Positions 1 through 10,543 of a stretch of 64,000 nt of DNA are shown here, piece by piece. The stretch's first letter is position 1; the number at the start of each line of letters is the position of its first letter. A program made the position numbers and the translations under genes. This DNA is from an uncultured Gammaproteobacteria bacterium (GTDB taxonomy: Bacteria; Pseudomonadota; Gammaproteobacteria; UBA6002): the NCBI GenBank assembly GCA_963705725.1, contig CAVPKM010000013.1, positions 32,001 through 96,000 on the forward strand. The letters are read 5' to 3'. The notes below the pieces were generated by a model. That model was not told where the DNA came from. It made no database searches and saw only the letters and a list, made by a program, of their open reading frames with translations.

Positions 1-800
1 TCAATAGCAGAATTCATAATGTTTTCAATTGCAGCGCCAGAAAAAATGGGATGCGTGCAATAAGCAGTAACGGTTTTCGCGCCATGATCTTTAAGTGCGC
101 TGGCGGCGTGGGTCAATGTTCCAGCTGTATCTACCATGTCATCGACAATAATGCAGTTTCGATTTGCCACTTCGCCAATGATATGCATCACTTCAGCCTG
201 GTTGTGGCAGGGTCTTCTTTTGTCGATGATAGCAAGATCGGCATCATTTAATTTTTTTGCAACTGCGCGAGCGCGTACCACTCCTCCTATGTCTGGTGAG
301 ACAACAGTTAGATTAGTGAGCTGCTTTTTTACCATATCTTCAAGCATGGCGGGTGTGGAGTAAACATTATCTACCGGCATATCAAAAAAGCCTTGAATTT
401 GATCGGCATGCAGATCTACCGTGATGACTCGATTGTAGCCGACTACCGCTAGCATGTCGGCAACCACCTTTGCAGAGATGGCTACCCTTGCAGAATTTGG
501 GCGTCTGTCTTGGCGAGCATAGCCAAAATAGGGGATGACAGCTGTCATACTTGCAGCAGAAGCGCGACGTAATGCATCGCCAAGAAGAATAAGTTCCATT
601 AAATTATCATTTTGAGGCGCGCTCGTAGATTGCAGGATAAAAGCATCGCGCCCGCGAACATTCTCATCGATTTGAGCTCTAATTTCACCATCACTAAAGC
701 GATCTACCGTTGCTCTTCCTAAAGGGATCTGTAAGCGATTGGCGATTTTATTTGCTAGCACGGGGTTAGAATTGCCGCTAAAAATTTTTACTTCATGCAC
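1..800 (-). CDS. prs: ribose-phosphate pyrophosphokinase (3' end outside window)
   Basis: Manual translation from GTG at 800: [59 protein letters not shown]; typical ispE-tRNA-Gln-prs order. Confidence 0.95.
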   Translation of the reverse strand, partial: MHEVKIFSGNSNPVLANKIANRLQIPLGRATVDRFSDGEIRAQIDENVRGRDAFILQSTSAPQNDNLMELILLGDALRRASAASMTAVIPYFGYARQDRRPNSARVAISAKVVADMLAVVGYNRVITVDLHADQIQGFFDMPVDNVYSTPAMLEDMVKKQLTNLTVVSPDIGGVVRARAVAKKLNDADLAIIDKRRPCHNQAEVMHIIGEVANRNCIIVDDMVDTAGTLTHAASALKDHGAKTVTAYCTHPIFSGAAIENIMNSAI

Positions 801-855
801 GACGTGTTTCCTTCGGCTCGCGAATTATTTTTTAGATATTGAGTAATTACAAATT

Positions 856-930
856 TGGCTGGGGTGCTAGGATTCGAACCTAGGTATGCAGGGATCAAAA
901 CCCTGTGCCTTACCGCTTGGCGACACCCCA
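856..930 (-). tRNA. tRNA-Gln (UUG)
   Basis: TGGGGTGTCGCCAAGCGGTAAGGCACAGGGTTTTGATCCCTGCATACCTAGGTTCGAATCCTAGCACCCCAGCCA: cloverleaf, TTG anticodon, GTTCGAATC T-loop, encoded CCA. Confidence 0.97.
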
Positions 931-1769
931 AATAAATGATTCATTGTTTCATGCAAGGGTGAATTATTTAGCCCTTTTACAAGGATTCCATTCAATGGTT
1001 TTGGTAATTGAACTGCTACTCTTTCAGCGGTTTCTTTGTCTTCAAAAGTAGCAAAAACAGCGCTGCCCGTACCTGTCATCTTAGCTGCAGAATACTGATT
1101 AAGGCATTCAAGTGCATAAGCTATTTCTGGAAAGTGTTTTTTTGCAATAGGTTCGCAATCATTTTTTCCGCCATTTGCAAAAAACTCATCTATTGTGATC
1201 GCTCGGGTGTTACGTGTCAATTGAGAATCGGAAAAAATTTTTGAAGTGGGGGTATTGCAATGAGGAAGCACTAATAAAACCCAGGGCTCCGATAAAGCGA
1301 GAGGGTGTAATATTTCTCCTATGCCTTCTGCAAAAGCCGCCTTTCCTAATATAAAAATGGGGATATCAGCGCCAAGCGTAAGCCCAATCTGTGCCAAGCG
1401 CTCCTTGGATAAATGGAGCTCCCAAAGCTGGTTTAAAATAAGTAATGTTGTTGCGGCATTGGAACTGCCGCCACCTAACCCAGCGCCGATCGGAATTTTT
1501 TTTTTAAGTTCAATCGTGATCCCGCAAGGTGATTGAGTCATTTTTTGTAATAAGCGAGCAGCTTTCGTGATGAGATTGTCTTCAGAAGTCAGGTTAGGTA
1601 AATTGGTTTTTAGCGCTATAAGGCTGTCTTTTCTGGGTTCGAAAATCATTTCATCGCAAAAATCAATGAATTGAAAAGCCGTTTGTAGTAAATGGTAACC
1701 ATCAGAACGGCGTCCGATAATATGTAAAAATAAATTAATTTTTGCAGGCGAGGGGACGATAAAAGACAT
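867..1769 (-). CDS. ispE: 4-diphosphocytidyl-2-C-methyl-D-erythritol kinase
   Basis: PAKINLFLHI, PIGAGLGGGSSNAA (GHMP kinase motif), MTGTGS; the 3' end runs into the tRNA. Confidence 0.95.
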   Translation of the reverse strand: MSFIVPSPAKINLFLHIIGRRSDGYHLLQTAFQFIDFCDEMIFEPRKDSLIALKTNLPNLTSEDNLITKAARLLQKMTQSPCGITIELKKKIPIGAGLGGGSSNAATTLLILNQLWELHLSKERLAQIGLTLGADIPIFILGKAAFAEGIGEILHPLALSEPWVLLVLPHCNTPTSKIFSDSQLTRNTRAITIDEFFANGGKNDCEPIAKKHFPEIAYALECLNQYSAAKMTGTGSAVFATFEDKETAERVAVQLPKPLNGILVKGLNNSPLHETMNHLFGVSPSGKAQGFDPCIPRFES

Positions 1770-2374
1770 TAATTACTATTCCAATGATTAATCACCAGCT
1801 TAATACGGAGAAGAGAATTTTCCATCCAAATTTTATGAGGCAAGCTATGGTCAGTCAAGGATTGATAGTTTGCATAGCGAATAGTCCACCCTTGCTGCTG
1901 CAGATAAATCAAATGGTGATCTTCATCCTGTTTTTGCGTTTTAGCAAGACCTGGAGCAGGAAGGCCTTGTACCCAGTAGTACAGGTTCGAGACGGGAAGG
2001 TACCAGCCTAGCTCCTGCCGCATCAAATACTCGCCGGTGCGAGCGGAAACGCTTTTGGTTGGAGTATTTAAAGTCACCTTACCCGGTTGCCCGGCAATGC
2101 CTATAGCGCCTATGTTTAACGGACCATAAAAATTGATCGCATAACGAGGACCCACTTGCTCCCAGCTAAAACTTCCCATTTGAATTTTGTTTTGATTTTG
2201 TATACTGATCGCACCTTGAATATTCCAATTTTTCATATTGGCAGGCGCAAAGCGCTTAACAACCCCGGCTTTTGATTGAGGAATGGAATGGGCAAAAGGC
2301 GGGGCAATTTGGTGAGCACAACCGGATAAAATGACTAAAAGCAGGCAACAGGTGATAATTAAACACTTATTCAT
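1769..2374 (-). CDS. lolB: outer membrane lipoprotein insertion protein LolB
   Basis: Lipobox LSGC, LGWYLPVSNLYYWVQGLP, QQGWTIRY; located between hemA and ispE. Confidence 0.9.
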   Translation of the reverse strand: MNKCLIITCCLLLVILSGCAHQIAPPFAHSIPQSKAGVVKRFAPANMKNWNIQGAISIQNQNKIQMGSFSWEQVGPRYAINFYGPLNIGAIGIAGQPGKVTLNTPTKSVSARTGEYLMRQELGWYLPVSNLYYWVQGLPAPGLAKTQKQDEDHHLIYLQQQGWTIRYANYQSLTDHSLPHKIWMENSLLRIKLVINHWNSN

Positions 2375-2464
2375 AATAATCCTCGTGTTTTAAGATTCGT
2401 AAAGCGGTACAATTGGTTCCTAACGAAGGGTATACATCATTTTTTAATAGAAAAGCAATTTTTT

Positions 2465-3700
2465 ATGACGTTATTAGTCTGTGGCATTAATCATCTGACA
2501 ACACCGCTCGAGATACGTGAACGTTTAGCCTTCTCCAAGGAGCGAACAAAATCCGCCCTTAAAGAGCTCGTTACCTTATCCAGCGTGAATGAGGCAATGA
2601 TTGTATCGACTTGCAACCGGGTTGAAATTTATTCCCATGCGCAAAGGTCTGAAGAAATCCGTCATTGGTTAGAGATGAATTTAAAACAACCCGTTGCGCC
2701 TTGCTGGTATTTTTATCAAGAACAGGAAGCCATCACCCATATCATGCGTGTTGCGAGCGGCTTGGATTCCATGGTGTTAGGAGAACCGCATATCCTGGGT
2801 CAAATAAAAGATTTTTTTTGCTTGGCAAAAGAAATGGGTGCGATAGGAAATCACTTGCATCAATTATTTCAACGAGTATTTAACGTTTCAAAACAAGTTA
2901 GAACGAGCACACAAATCGGTGCAAATCCAGTGACGCTTGGCTTTGCAATTGTGACCCTGGCTAGACGTATTTTTACCCATCTTTCAACCAAAAAAACTTT
3001 ATTAATTGGTGCGGGAGAAACCATTGAATTAATTGCATTACATTTGCAAAAGCAAGGGGTCAAGCATTTTACCCTTGCAAATCGTTCTCCACTTAAAGCC
3101 AAGCAATTAGCTGAAAAAATTAAGGCCCACTGTATTTCTTTGGCTGAGATCCCAGATTATTTAAAAGAATCAGATTTAATTATTACCGCGACGGCTAGCG
3201 AACTGCCTATTTTAGGAAAGGGTGCACTCGAGCGCACGATAAAAGCAAGAAAGCACCAACCGATTGTCATAGCAGATTTAGCTGTTCCAAGAGATGTAGA
3301 ACCTGAAGTGGGAAGCTTGGAAGATGTTTACCTTTATAATATCGATGATTTAAATCTCATCCTTGAAGAGAACCGTCAGGGACGGCAGATTGCTGCCGCT
3401 GAAGCAGAAAGTCTAATCGAACTGCAAGCTAAACATTATCTATCAGACTTAAAATCGCGTGAAGCGGATCACTTGATTACGCATTTTAGGCAAAAAATAG
3501 CGGATACCTTCCAGCTTGAGTTAGCTAAAGCAAAATCTAAGTTGCACCAAGGAGTCGATCCAGAAATATTACTAGAGCAAATGGCATATAACTTAGTGAA
3601 TAAAATTTCCCATGGGCCCTCAATTAAAATGAGACAAGCCGCTTACGAAGGGCGAATAGACCTGTTAGATGTGGCGCGCCAGCTATTAGACTTAGCGTAA
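2465..3700 (+). CDS. hemA: glutamyl-tRNA reductase
   Basis: STCNRVEIY, RVASGLDSMVLGEPHILGQ, IGAGE, DLAVPRDVE. Confidence 0.97.
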   Translation: MTLLVCGINHLTTPLEIRERLAFSKERTKSALKELVTLSSVNEAMIVSTCNRVEIYSHAQRSEEIRHWLEMNLKQPVAPCWYFYQEQEAITHIMRVASGLDSMVLGEPHILGQIKDFFCLAKEMGAIGNHLHQLFQRVFNVSKQVRTSTQIGANPVTLGFAIVTLARRIFTHLSTKKTLLIGAGETIELIALHLQKQGVKHFTLANRSPLKAKQLAEKIKAHCISLAEIPDYLKESDLIITATASELPILGKGALERTIKARKHQPIVIADLAVPRDVEPEVGSLEDVYLYNIDDLNLILEENRQGRQIAAAEAESLIELQAKHYLSDLKSREADHLITHFRQKIADTFQLELAKAKSKLHQGVDPEILLEQMAYNLVNKISHGPSIKMRQAAYEGRIDLLDVARQLLDLA

Positions 3701-3755
3701 TTATTTAGCTACGATTAAAAATAAAGATATTGAACATTTATAGTGAAAAAAAGAT

Positions 3756-4841
3756 ATGAAAGATTCCATTCAACGAAAACTCAATTACCTTATTGAGCGA
3801 TTTCAAGAGGTAAGTTTATTACTCAATGATCCTGGAATTATTGGTGATCAAAATCGCTTTAGAGATTTGTCTAAAGAATATGCGCATTTAGAACCACTGG
3901 TTACCTGTTTTAATGAATATCAGCATAGTCAAGAAGCCATTGCCTCTGCACTCGCTCTTCGTGAAGACGAGGACCAAGCATTACGCCAGCTAGCAGAAGA
4001 GGAGTTAGTCGAATTATACCCCAGACTCGAATCCATTGAGTTAACACTTCAATGTTTGTTAATTCCGCCTAATCCAGAAGACGAAAGCAATGTGTATCTT
4101 GAAATTAGAGGAGGAGCGGGGGGAGATGAAGCCGCCATTTTTGCAGGCGATTTATTTAGAATGTATGCAAGATATGCTGAAAATCAAGGATGGAAGATTG
4201 AAATCGTTTCTGAGCATCTGGGCGAACATGGAGGTTACAAAGAGCTCATTAGTCGTATCAGCGGTAAGGGAGTTTATTCAAGGTTAAAATTTGAATCAGG
4301 TGCACATCGAGTTCAGCGCGTACCCACAACTGAGTCGCAAGGAAGAATTCATACTTCAACCTGTACCATTGCGGTTATGCCAGAAGTAGATGAAGTCGAT
4401 GCAATTCAAATTAATCCAGCAGAATTAAAAATAGATACCTATCGCGCATCAGGTGCGGGCGGACAGCATGTGAATAAAACAGATTCAGCCATCCGAATTA
4501 CCCACTTGCCCTCTGGTATTGTGGTGGAATGCCAAGATGAAAGATCACAACATAAAAATCGCTCACGTGCGATGGCGTTATTGCAATCTAAATTGCTAGA
4601 TCAGGAGCGTACCAAGCAGCAAAAAGAACAAGCAGAAACCAGACGAAATCTAGTCGGAACGGGAGATAGATCGGAGCGTATTCGTACTTATAATTACCCG
4701 CAGGGGCGAATAACTGATCATCGAATTAATCTCACGCTTTATAAGCTCGATGAAATTATGGAAGGCAGCTTAGATCAAGTGATTGATCCATTAATCAGTG
4801 AGCATCAGGCAGACCAACTTGCCACCCTTGCCGATATTTAA
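3756..4841 (+). CDS. prfA: peptide chain release factor 1
   Basis: [13 protein letters not shown] (GGQ motif), PxT motif in VQRVPTTES. Confidence 0.98.
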   Translation: MKDSIQRKLNYLIERFQEVSLLLNDPGIIGDQNRFRDLSKEYAHLEPLVTCFNEYQHSQEAIASALALREDEDQALRQLAEEELVELYPRLESIELTLQCLLIPPNPEDESNVYLEIRGGAGGDEAAIFAGDLFRMYARYAENQGWKIEIVSEHLGEHGGYKELISRISGKGVYSRLKFESGAHRVQRVPTTESQGRIHTSTCTIAVMPEVDEVDAIQINPAELKIDTYRASGAGGQHVNKTDSAIRITHLPSGIVVECQDERSQHKNRSRAMALLQSKLLDQERTKQQKEQAETRRNLVGTGDRSERIRTYNYPQGRITDHRINLTLYKLDEIMEGSLDQVIDPLISEHQADQLATLADI

Positions 4842-4851
4842 CGAATTGCCT

Positions 4852-5736
4852 GTGTCCTCTCAAGTATTAACTATTGAAAGTGCTCTTAATGAGGCAAGTC
4901 AGCGCTTAAGCCAATTTGACGAAGCTCGGTTTGAAGCTCAGCTTTTGCTTAGTCATGTTTTGCAAGTTTCTAGAACCTACTTATATGCACACGCTAATCA
5001 ACTTCTCAGCGTTTTTCAGCAAAAAAAATTTTTAATGCTTATCGAAAGGCGATGTGAAGGGGTACCGATTGCTTATTTGCTCGGTCATCGAGCATTTTGG
5101 TCGATGGACCTTGAGGTTAATCCCAGCACGCTCATTCCGAGGCCAGAAACAGAATGTTTAATTGAAATAGCCCTAAAAATTTTACCGAAAGAGCCGATTT
5201 CAATTTTGGATTTAGGAGTAGGTAGCGGAGCAATTGCCATTGCCCTAGCTTTGGAAAGACCTGGTTGGAAGCTGACTGGCACAGATATTTCATGCGAAGC
5301 CTTAGCGATAGCTGAAAAAAATATGAGAAAATATGGAATAAAAAATTTGGAGCTCAAGCAATCAAATTGGTGTTTATCGCTCCCAGTGCAACAATTTGAT
5401 GCGATTGTAAGCAATCCACCCTATATCGCTGAAGGAGATGCGCATTTGCAAGCGTTAAAATATGAGCCACTAGCAGCATTAGTGGCAGGTCCTGATGGCC
5501 TGTCTGCCATTAGAACTATCATTCATCAAGCTAAACGCTATTTAAAAGATAACGGGTGGTTATTGTTAGAGCATGGTTACAATCAGGCAAAAAAAGTACA
5601 AAATTTATTGAAGGTGAATAGTTATAAAGAGATCGCGACTTTTGCTGATTTAAATCAGGTCATGCGAGTGACAATAGGACGAAATTGTCATTATTTCGGG
5701 AGGAACAGCAATGAAGCTAGTATTTGCAAGCAATAA
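4852..5736 (+). CDS. prmC: release factor glutamine methyltransferase (start uncertain; ORF open from 4798)
   Basis: LIPRPETE, LDLGVGSGAIA, SNPPY; directly follows prfA. Confidence 0.95.
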   Translation: MSSQVLTIESALNEASQRLSQFDEARFEAQLLLSHVLQVSRTYLYAHANQLLSVFQQKKFLMLIERRCEGVPIAYLLGHRAFWSMDLEVNPSTLIPRPETECLIEIALKILPKEPISILDLGVGSGAIAIALALERPGWKLTGTDISCEALAIAEKNMRKYGIKNLELKQSNWCLSLPVQQFDAIVSNPPYIAEGDAHLQALKYEPLAALVAGPDGLSAIRTIIHQAKRYLKDNGWLLLEHGYNQAKKVQNLLKVNSYKEIATFADLNQVMRVTIGRNCHYFGRNSNEASICKQ

Positions 5737-6331
5737 TCTTGGCAAGATAAAAGAAATAAAACAACTTGTTCTCGGTAGTCAAATCGAGATTATTCCTCAA
5801 AGTGAATTCAATGTGCCAGAGGCTGAAGAATCGGCCACCACCTTTGTTGAAAATGCGCTTTTAAAGGCAAGACAAGCCACAGCCTTGACCCATTTGCCAG
5901 CAATTGCAGATGACTCTGGACTCGTGGTGCCAGGCCTTGGCGGAGAGCCGGGTGTGTTTTCAGCGCGTTATGCAGGAAAAGGCGTGACGATGCAAAAGCA
6001 TATCGAAAAACTCTTAAATCAAATTGAAATAAATGCTGTTTCTCGAGATGCTTATTATTATTGCGTAATAGTGCTTTTGCGACAAAAAAATGATCCTTGC
6101 CCAATCATTTGCGAGGGAAAATGGCAGGGTAAAATACTAACCGCCCCTATTGGCTCTGAAGGCTTTGGCTATGACCCAATATTTTATGATGAAACCTACC
6201 GATGCTCTGCAGCAGAATTGCCAGCTGAGATAAAAAATCAAATTAGCCATCGTGGGCAGGCGATGAAAAAATTAATACAATCGATTATCAGGCTTGGAGA
6301 TGAAGGGTTTGTTGATCTTAACAAACCCTAA
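5711..6331 (+). CDS. rdgB: dITP/XTP pyrophosphatase (Ham1 family)
   Basis: ASNNLGKIKE, TFVENALLKA, ADDSGL, GFGYDPIF, ISHRGQA. Confidence 0.95.
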   Translation: MKLVFASNNLGKIKEIKQLVLGSQIEIIPQSEFNVPEAEESATTFVENALLKARQATALTHLPAIADDSGLVVPGLGGEPGVFSARYAGKGVTMQKHIEKLLNQIEINAVSRDAYYYCVIVLLRQKNDPCPIICEGKWQGKILTAPIGSEGFGYDPIFYDETYRCSAAELPAEIKNQISHRGQAMKKLIQSIIRLGDEGFVDLNKP

Positions 6332-6346
6332 GAAATAGTTACAAAA

Positions 6347-7873
6347 TTACTTGGGAGAAGCAGGACCCTTTGTTACGTCTTGCTCTTCTTGTCGTTTATC
6401 AAAATCTTGTTTATTAGTTTGCGTCATGCCGGTCACTGTTAACCCGGTTTTTGCGGCGATTAATGCGGCTTCAATTTGATGAGGATCGCGTATGGCGCTT
6501 ACGTCAACTGAATTGCCAGTGAGTGCCATCAGCTGTGCAATTTTTTCATAAGCTGTGGGCTCAAATTTATTCATCATCCATTGGTCCTTTTCTTCATCAT
6601 AATAAAGCTGCGTGGAATTAACAGAGGTTTTGAATCCGCTTGAAGTAGTGGCGATATTCTCTTCGCTAAATACCTGTTTTGCCATTTCGAGGTAGGTTTG
6701 AGGATCAATTTTCTGAGTAGATTGACCAGGTGTTAACGTAATGGTAGAGACATTTTGTGTCCAGCTGGGGCGACCTACCTGTTGTTTGGTGAGATAACGT
6801 GCTGTCCATTTGTCTAAAAATTGAGCAGCATCATGGAAGACTGGCTCTCCTTTCAAGGTGCCTAATGTTTCTCGAACGGCTTGAGAGATAAATTTAGTTT
6901 CTGCTGGATTTCTCCTTGCCATTAAAGAGGAGTCAAGTAGACCACTTATTTTTGCTAAAGCGACTGATCGAGTCGACTGTATTAGAAATTCTGCTTCGTG
7001 CCCGGTTAACACTCGATCAATAGCGGCATTCAACCCATTAGATAGTCGATCATACCGTGAAGCTTTAGATAGGGATTTTTCTTGGCGAGGCGCGTTTTCT
7101 GGACGCTGTAATCTAACTTTCATTCGATTAAATGTTTGCGCATAAAGGGATTCATGTAATAAATTTTTATCTAGCATGCGATGCATGCCGCTCGCCCCTT
7201 CTGGAAAAATATCATGTTTCTCAAGTGTATTGACTAAGGTATCAACAGCAGATTGTTGAAGATGATTGTCATAGTTATCAAGATGAGATTGTACTGCCTG
7301 TTTTTGTTTGATCGACAGTAACGGATTTGCTAATTCTTCTTTAAGCATTTCTCGGTTTTTTTCCGCCTGTTTATACTTACTTTCAATGGTCAGCCGGGCT
7401 TTATCTATATCCTCTCCATTTGAAAAGTATTTAATGAGAGAATTCAAATCCTGGACTTTAAAAGCTTTTAGGTTAATTCCTTTATCTAAGCTTTTTAAAT
7501 CTCCTTGCAAAAGCAATAAATTTTGGACAGTTTCGAGTTTGTGCATGGCTTTAGTGGGGAGTTTTTCTTGTTTTTCTATATAGAGCGCATACTCTTCTTC
7601 ATTAAGCTTTTCTCGTTCTTGACTGATTCTCTGTTGTATCCAATTTCGTTGTGCCGCTTCATCGGCTGCCGCGTAGCTTAGCATAAGACTGTTAAAATAT
7701 TTTGACAGTGGACTGTTCGGATTTTTTAATTGTAAAGCAACATCATTAGCGGAAAAGAAAGAGTTTTCTTCGATTTGCTGCGCCAGTCTATTAACGGTTC
7801 CCTCATTGCTGGGGTTGGCCATTGCAGCCTGGAGTAGTTGAATATCATCAGTATTAAGTTGACCACCTATCAC
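6347..7873 (-). CDS. hypothetical 508-aa helical/coiled-coil protein, candidate secreted effector
   Basis: Long ORF with AGGAG RBS and TATAAT upstream; no housekeeping motif; C-terminal LPD7-like segment. Confidence 0.75.
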   Translation of the reverse strand: MIGGQLNTDDIQLLQAAMANPSNEGTVNRLAQQIEENSFFSANDVALQLKNPNSPLSKYFNSLMLSYAAADEAAQRNWIQQRISQEREKLNEEEYALYIEKQEKLPTKAMHKLETVQNLLLLQGDLKSLDKGINLKAFKVQDLNSLIKYFSNGEDIDKARLTIESKYKQAEKNREMLKEELANPLLSIKQKQAVQSHLDNYDNHLQQSAVDTLVNTLEKHDIFPEGASGMHRMLDKNLLHESLYAQTFNRMKVRLQRPENAPRQEKSLSKASRYDRLSNGLNAAIDRVLTGHEAEFLIQSTRSVALAKISGLLDSSLMARRNPAETKFISQAVRETLGTLKGEPVFHDAAQFLDKWTARYLTKQQVGRPSWTQNVSTITLTPGQSTQKIDPQTYLEMAKQVFSEENIATTSSGFKTSVNSTQLYYDEEKDQWMMNKFEPTAYEKIAQLMALTGNSVDVSAIRDPHQIEAALIAAKTGLTVTGMTQTNKQDFDKRQEEQDVTKGPASPK

Positions 7874-7950
7874 AGCATCTTTCTCCTAATTTATCAAAGA
7901 TGTACTAATTATAGCTCATCGATTATATGACAGTTTTCGTGTTGCAGAGC

Positions 7951-9279
7951 TTAGAGTATATAACGGCTTAAATCTTCATCTTTAATAAGATGAGTTAGCT
8001 GTTTATTGACATATTTTTTATCAATCATGACTTGATCGCCCGCTCGATCCGGTGCCTCAAAAGAAATGACTTCGAGTAATTTTTCCATTATGGTATGTAG
8101 TCGCCTTGCGCCGATATTTTCAGTGCGTTCATTAACATGATAAGCGATTTCCGCTAGACGTTTAATACCGTCTTGGGCAAAAGCAAGATCCAAGCCTTCG
8201 GTCTTCATCAGCGCAACATACTGTTCGGTAAGTGAAGCATTGGGTTCAGTCAAAATGCGAATAAAATCTTCACTTGATAATGCGCTTAACTCAACGCGAA
8301 TAGGGAGCCTGCCTTGTAATTCAGGAATCAGGTCAGAGGGTTTAGCGAGATGAAAAGCGCCAGATGCAATAAATAAGACGTGATCGGTTTTTACCATTCC
8401 ATATTTAGTAAAAACAGTACTTCCTTCGATAATAGGTAATAAGTCTCTTTGCACGCCTTCTCTGGAAACATCACCCCCACCTTCGCGTTTAATAATTTTA
8501 TCTAATTCGTCAATAAAAATAATGCCATTTTGTTCAACGCTTTTAACGGCACGGGTTCTGATTTCATCTTCATTGAGCATTTTGCTGGCTTCATCTTCAG
8601 TGAGCTGCTTGAGCGCGTCTTTAATAGTCAGCTTTCGAGATTTAGTTCGGTCGCCGGCAATATTTTGAAAAATATTCTGAAGATGCGTGGTCATTTCTTC
8701 AATGCCGGGAGGTCCCATTATCTCCACTCCGACAGGCGGCAAGGAAACCTCTACTTCAATTTCTTTTTCATCTAATTCCCCTTCCTTGAGTTTATTGCGA
8801 AAAACTTGTCTAGCTGAGGATTCGCTTTCTTCAACTGCCTTTGCGCTTTTTGCTTGCGGTAATAGAATATCGAGAATTCTATCTTCGGCAGTTTCAGCGG
8901 CTCTTTGTTTGACCTTTTCAATCTCCATTTCTTTAATCATTTTATAAGCTACTTCAACCAGATCTCTAACCATTCCTTCTACATCTCGTCCCACATAGCC
9001 TACTTCAGTATACTTGGTGGCTTCTACCTTGAGAAAAGGAGAGCGAGTGAGCGCGGCTAAACGGCGCGCAATTTCAGTTTTTCCTACCCCGGTTGGACCA
9101 ATCATTAAAATATTTTTTGGAGTGACTTCTTTAGCGAGTTCAGGATCGAGCTGTAAACGACGCCATCTATTGCGAAGGGCATTTGCGACTGCACGCTTAG
9201 CATTATTCTGACCAATAATGTAGCGGTCAAGTTCGTGGACGATTTCTTTGGGAGTCATGGTCGAATCTAGATTAGTCAT
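7951..9279 (-). CDS. hslU: ATP-dependent protease ATPase subunit HslU
   Basis: [46 protein letters not shown]. Confidence 0.98.
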   Translation of the reverse strand: MTNLDSTMTPKEIVHELDRYIIGQNNAKRAVANALRNRWRRLQLDPELAKEVTPKNILMIGPTGVGKTEIARRLAALTRSPFLKVEATKYTEVGYVGRDVEGMVRDLVEVAYKMIKEMEIEKVKQRAAETAEDRILDILLPQAKSAKAVEESESSARQVFRNKLKEGELDEKEIEVEVSLPPVGVEIMGPPGIEEMTTHLQNIFQNIAGDRTKSRKLTIKDALKQLTEDEASKMLNEDEIRTRAVKSVEQNGIIFIDELDKIIKREGGGDVSREGVQRDLLPIIEGSTVFTKYGMVKTDHVLFIASGAFHLAKPSDLIPELQGRLPIRVELSALSSEDFIRILTEPNASLTEQYVALMKTEGLDLAFAQDGIKRLAEIAYHVNERTENIGARRLHTIMEKLLEVISFEAPDRAGDQVMIDKKYVNKQLTHLIKDEDLSRYIL

Positions 9280-9336
9280 AGGTATCTCAAGGGTAAATCG
9301 AGTTGATAAGTGCAGAATAAAACTCGGATTAAATAG

Positions 9337-9891
9337 TTACTCAAGCTCTTCAATAGTTAAGTTGTGATTGGTATAAACACAAATATTGGCGGCAATTTCC
9401 AGGCCTTTTTCAACAATCTTTTTAGCGCTAAGCTTGGTATTTTCTAGCAATGCTCTTGCTGCTGACTGCGCGTAAGGCCCTCCTGATCCAATCGCCATGA
9501 TGCTATTTTCAGGTTCAATAACATCACCATTGCCAGTGATCATCAAGGAAACGTGACGATCTGCAACCGCTAATAATGCTTCAAGGCGCCTTAACATTCT
9601 ATCTGTCCGCCAGTCTTTAGCGAGTTCGACAGCCGAGCGCATAAGGTTACCTGAATGTTTTTCAAGCTTTGCCTCAAAAAGTTCAAAAAGCGTAAAAGCA
9701 TCTGCTGTTGCACCTGCAAAACCCGCGATGACTTTATCGCCGTATAATCGTCTCACCTTACGGGCATTGCTTTTCATGACAATTGCATTGCCCATAGTCA
9801 CTTGGCCATCGCCACCAATCACCACCTTGCCATCACGGCGAACCGATAAAATAGTCGTGCCTCTAAATTGTTGCAATTCTTTTATCCTCAT
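9337..9891 (-). CDS. hslV: ATP-dependent protease peptidase subunit HslV
   Basis: TTILSVRR N-terminal Thr, [20 protein letters not shown]. Confidence 0.98.
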   Translation of the reverse strand: MRIKELQQFRGTTILSVRRDGKVVIGGDGQVTMGNAIVMKSNARKVRRLYGDKVIAGFAGATADAFTLFELFEAKLEKHSGNLMRSAVELAKDWRTDRMLRRLEALLAVADRHVSLMITGNGDVIEPENSIMAIGSGGPYAQSAARALLENTKLSAKKIVEKGLEIAANICVYTNHNLTIEELE

Positions 9892-9973
9892 TTTGAAAAT
9901 CGAGATGGTAAGATCGAGTTAAACAGTATATTTATATATGGGGATAAGCGACAAGTTTTCAAGTCAAAAGCCT

Positions 9974-10527
9974 TTAAAGCGTTTTTTTAATAACGACCAC
10001 ACTATCAATTGCATTTTTTTCTAATTTTTTTTGCATTTCATCTGCCAAAGTTCGTGACAGGTAGGGACCCATATAAAGCTTATAATGAGTTTTTTGTTTA
10101 CTAACGAAAACCTTTTCAAAACCCATTAATACCAGTTGAGCTTTTCGTTCATCTGCCTCTTGGTAATGAGTAAACTTACCGAGTTCAAGTTGAAAGCGGG
10201 GTTCGGCTTCATTAATGCTTATATCTTTCGCTTCTTCCTTAATTGACGTTTTTTCATCTGGCGCAAGCAGGTCGTAGAAATCATAGTTTGGTGAAGCTTC
10301 TTTTTTCAAGCGGTTGAGTTTAAGTCTTGTATGATCATGATGCTTGAATGGGGTAACCTTGTGGGTAGCAATTTGATCCGAGTTTAATGAATGATGTAGA
10401 TAGAATCGTAATAAAAAAAGCTTGGTATCGCAAGTCCAATAATCATGCCCACTCCGAGCCAGGCAAGGGGAGAAGATTTTTTTTGCGCTCTTTTTTTATA
10501 GGCAGTTTTCGATTTTCGTTTAGTCAT
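9974..10527 (-). CDS. SPOR-domain cell division protein (FtsN-like), apparent frameshift near 10415
   Basis: ATG at 10527 gives a basic N-terminus plus TM (MTKRKSK..WLGVGMIIGLAIP); shift at a homopolymer into ORF 9974-10309 with YDFYDLL and a SPOR domain (FQLELGKF..YMGPY); argS-SPOR-hslVU synteny. Confidence 0.75.
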
Positions 10528-10543
10528 AAGAAAAGTTCTATGT

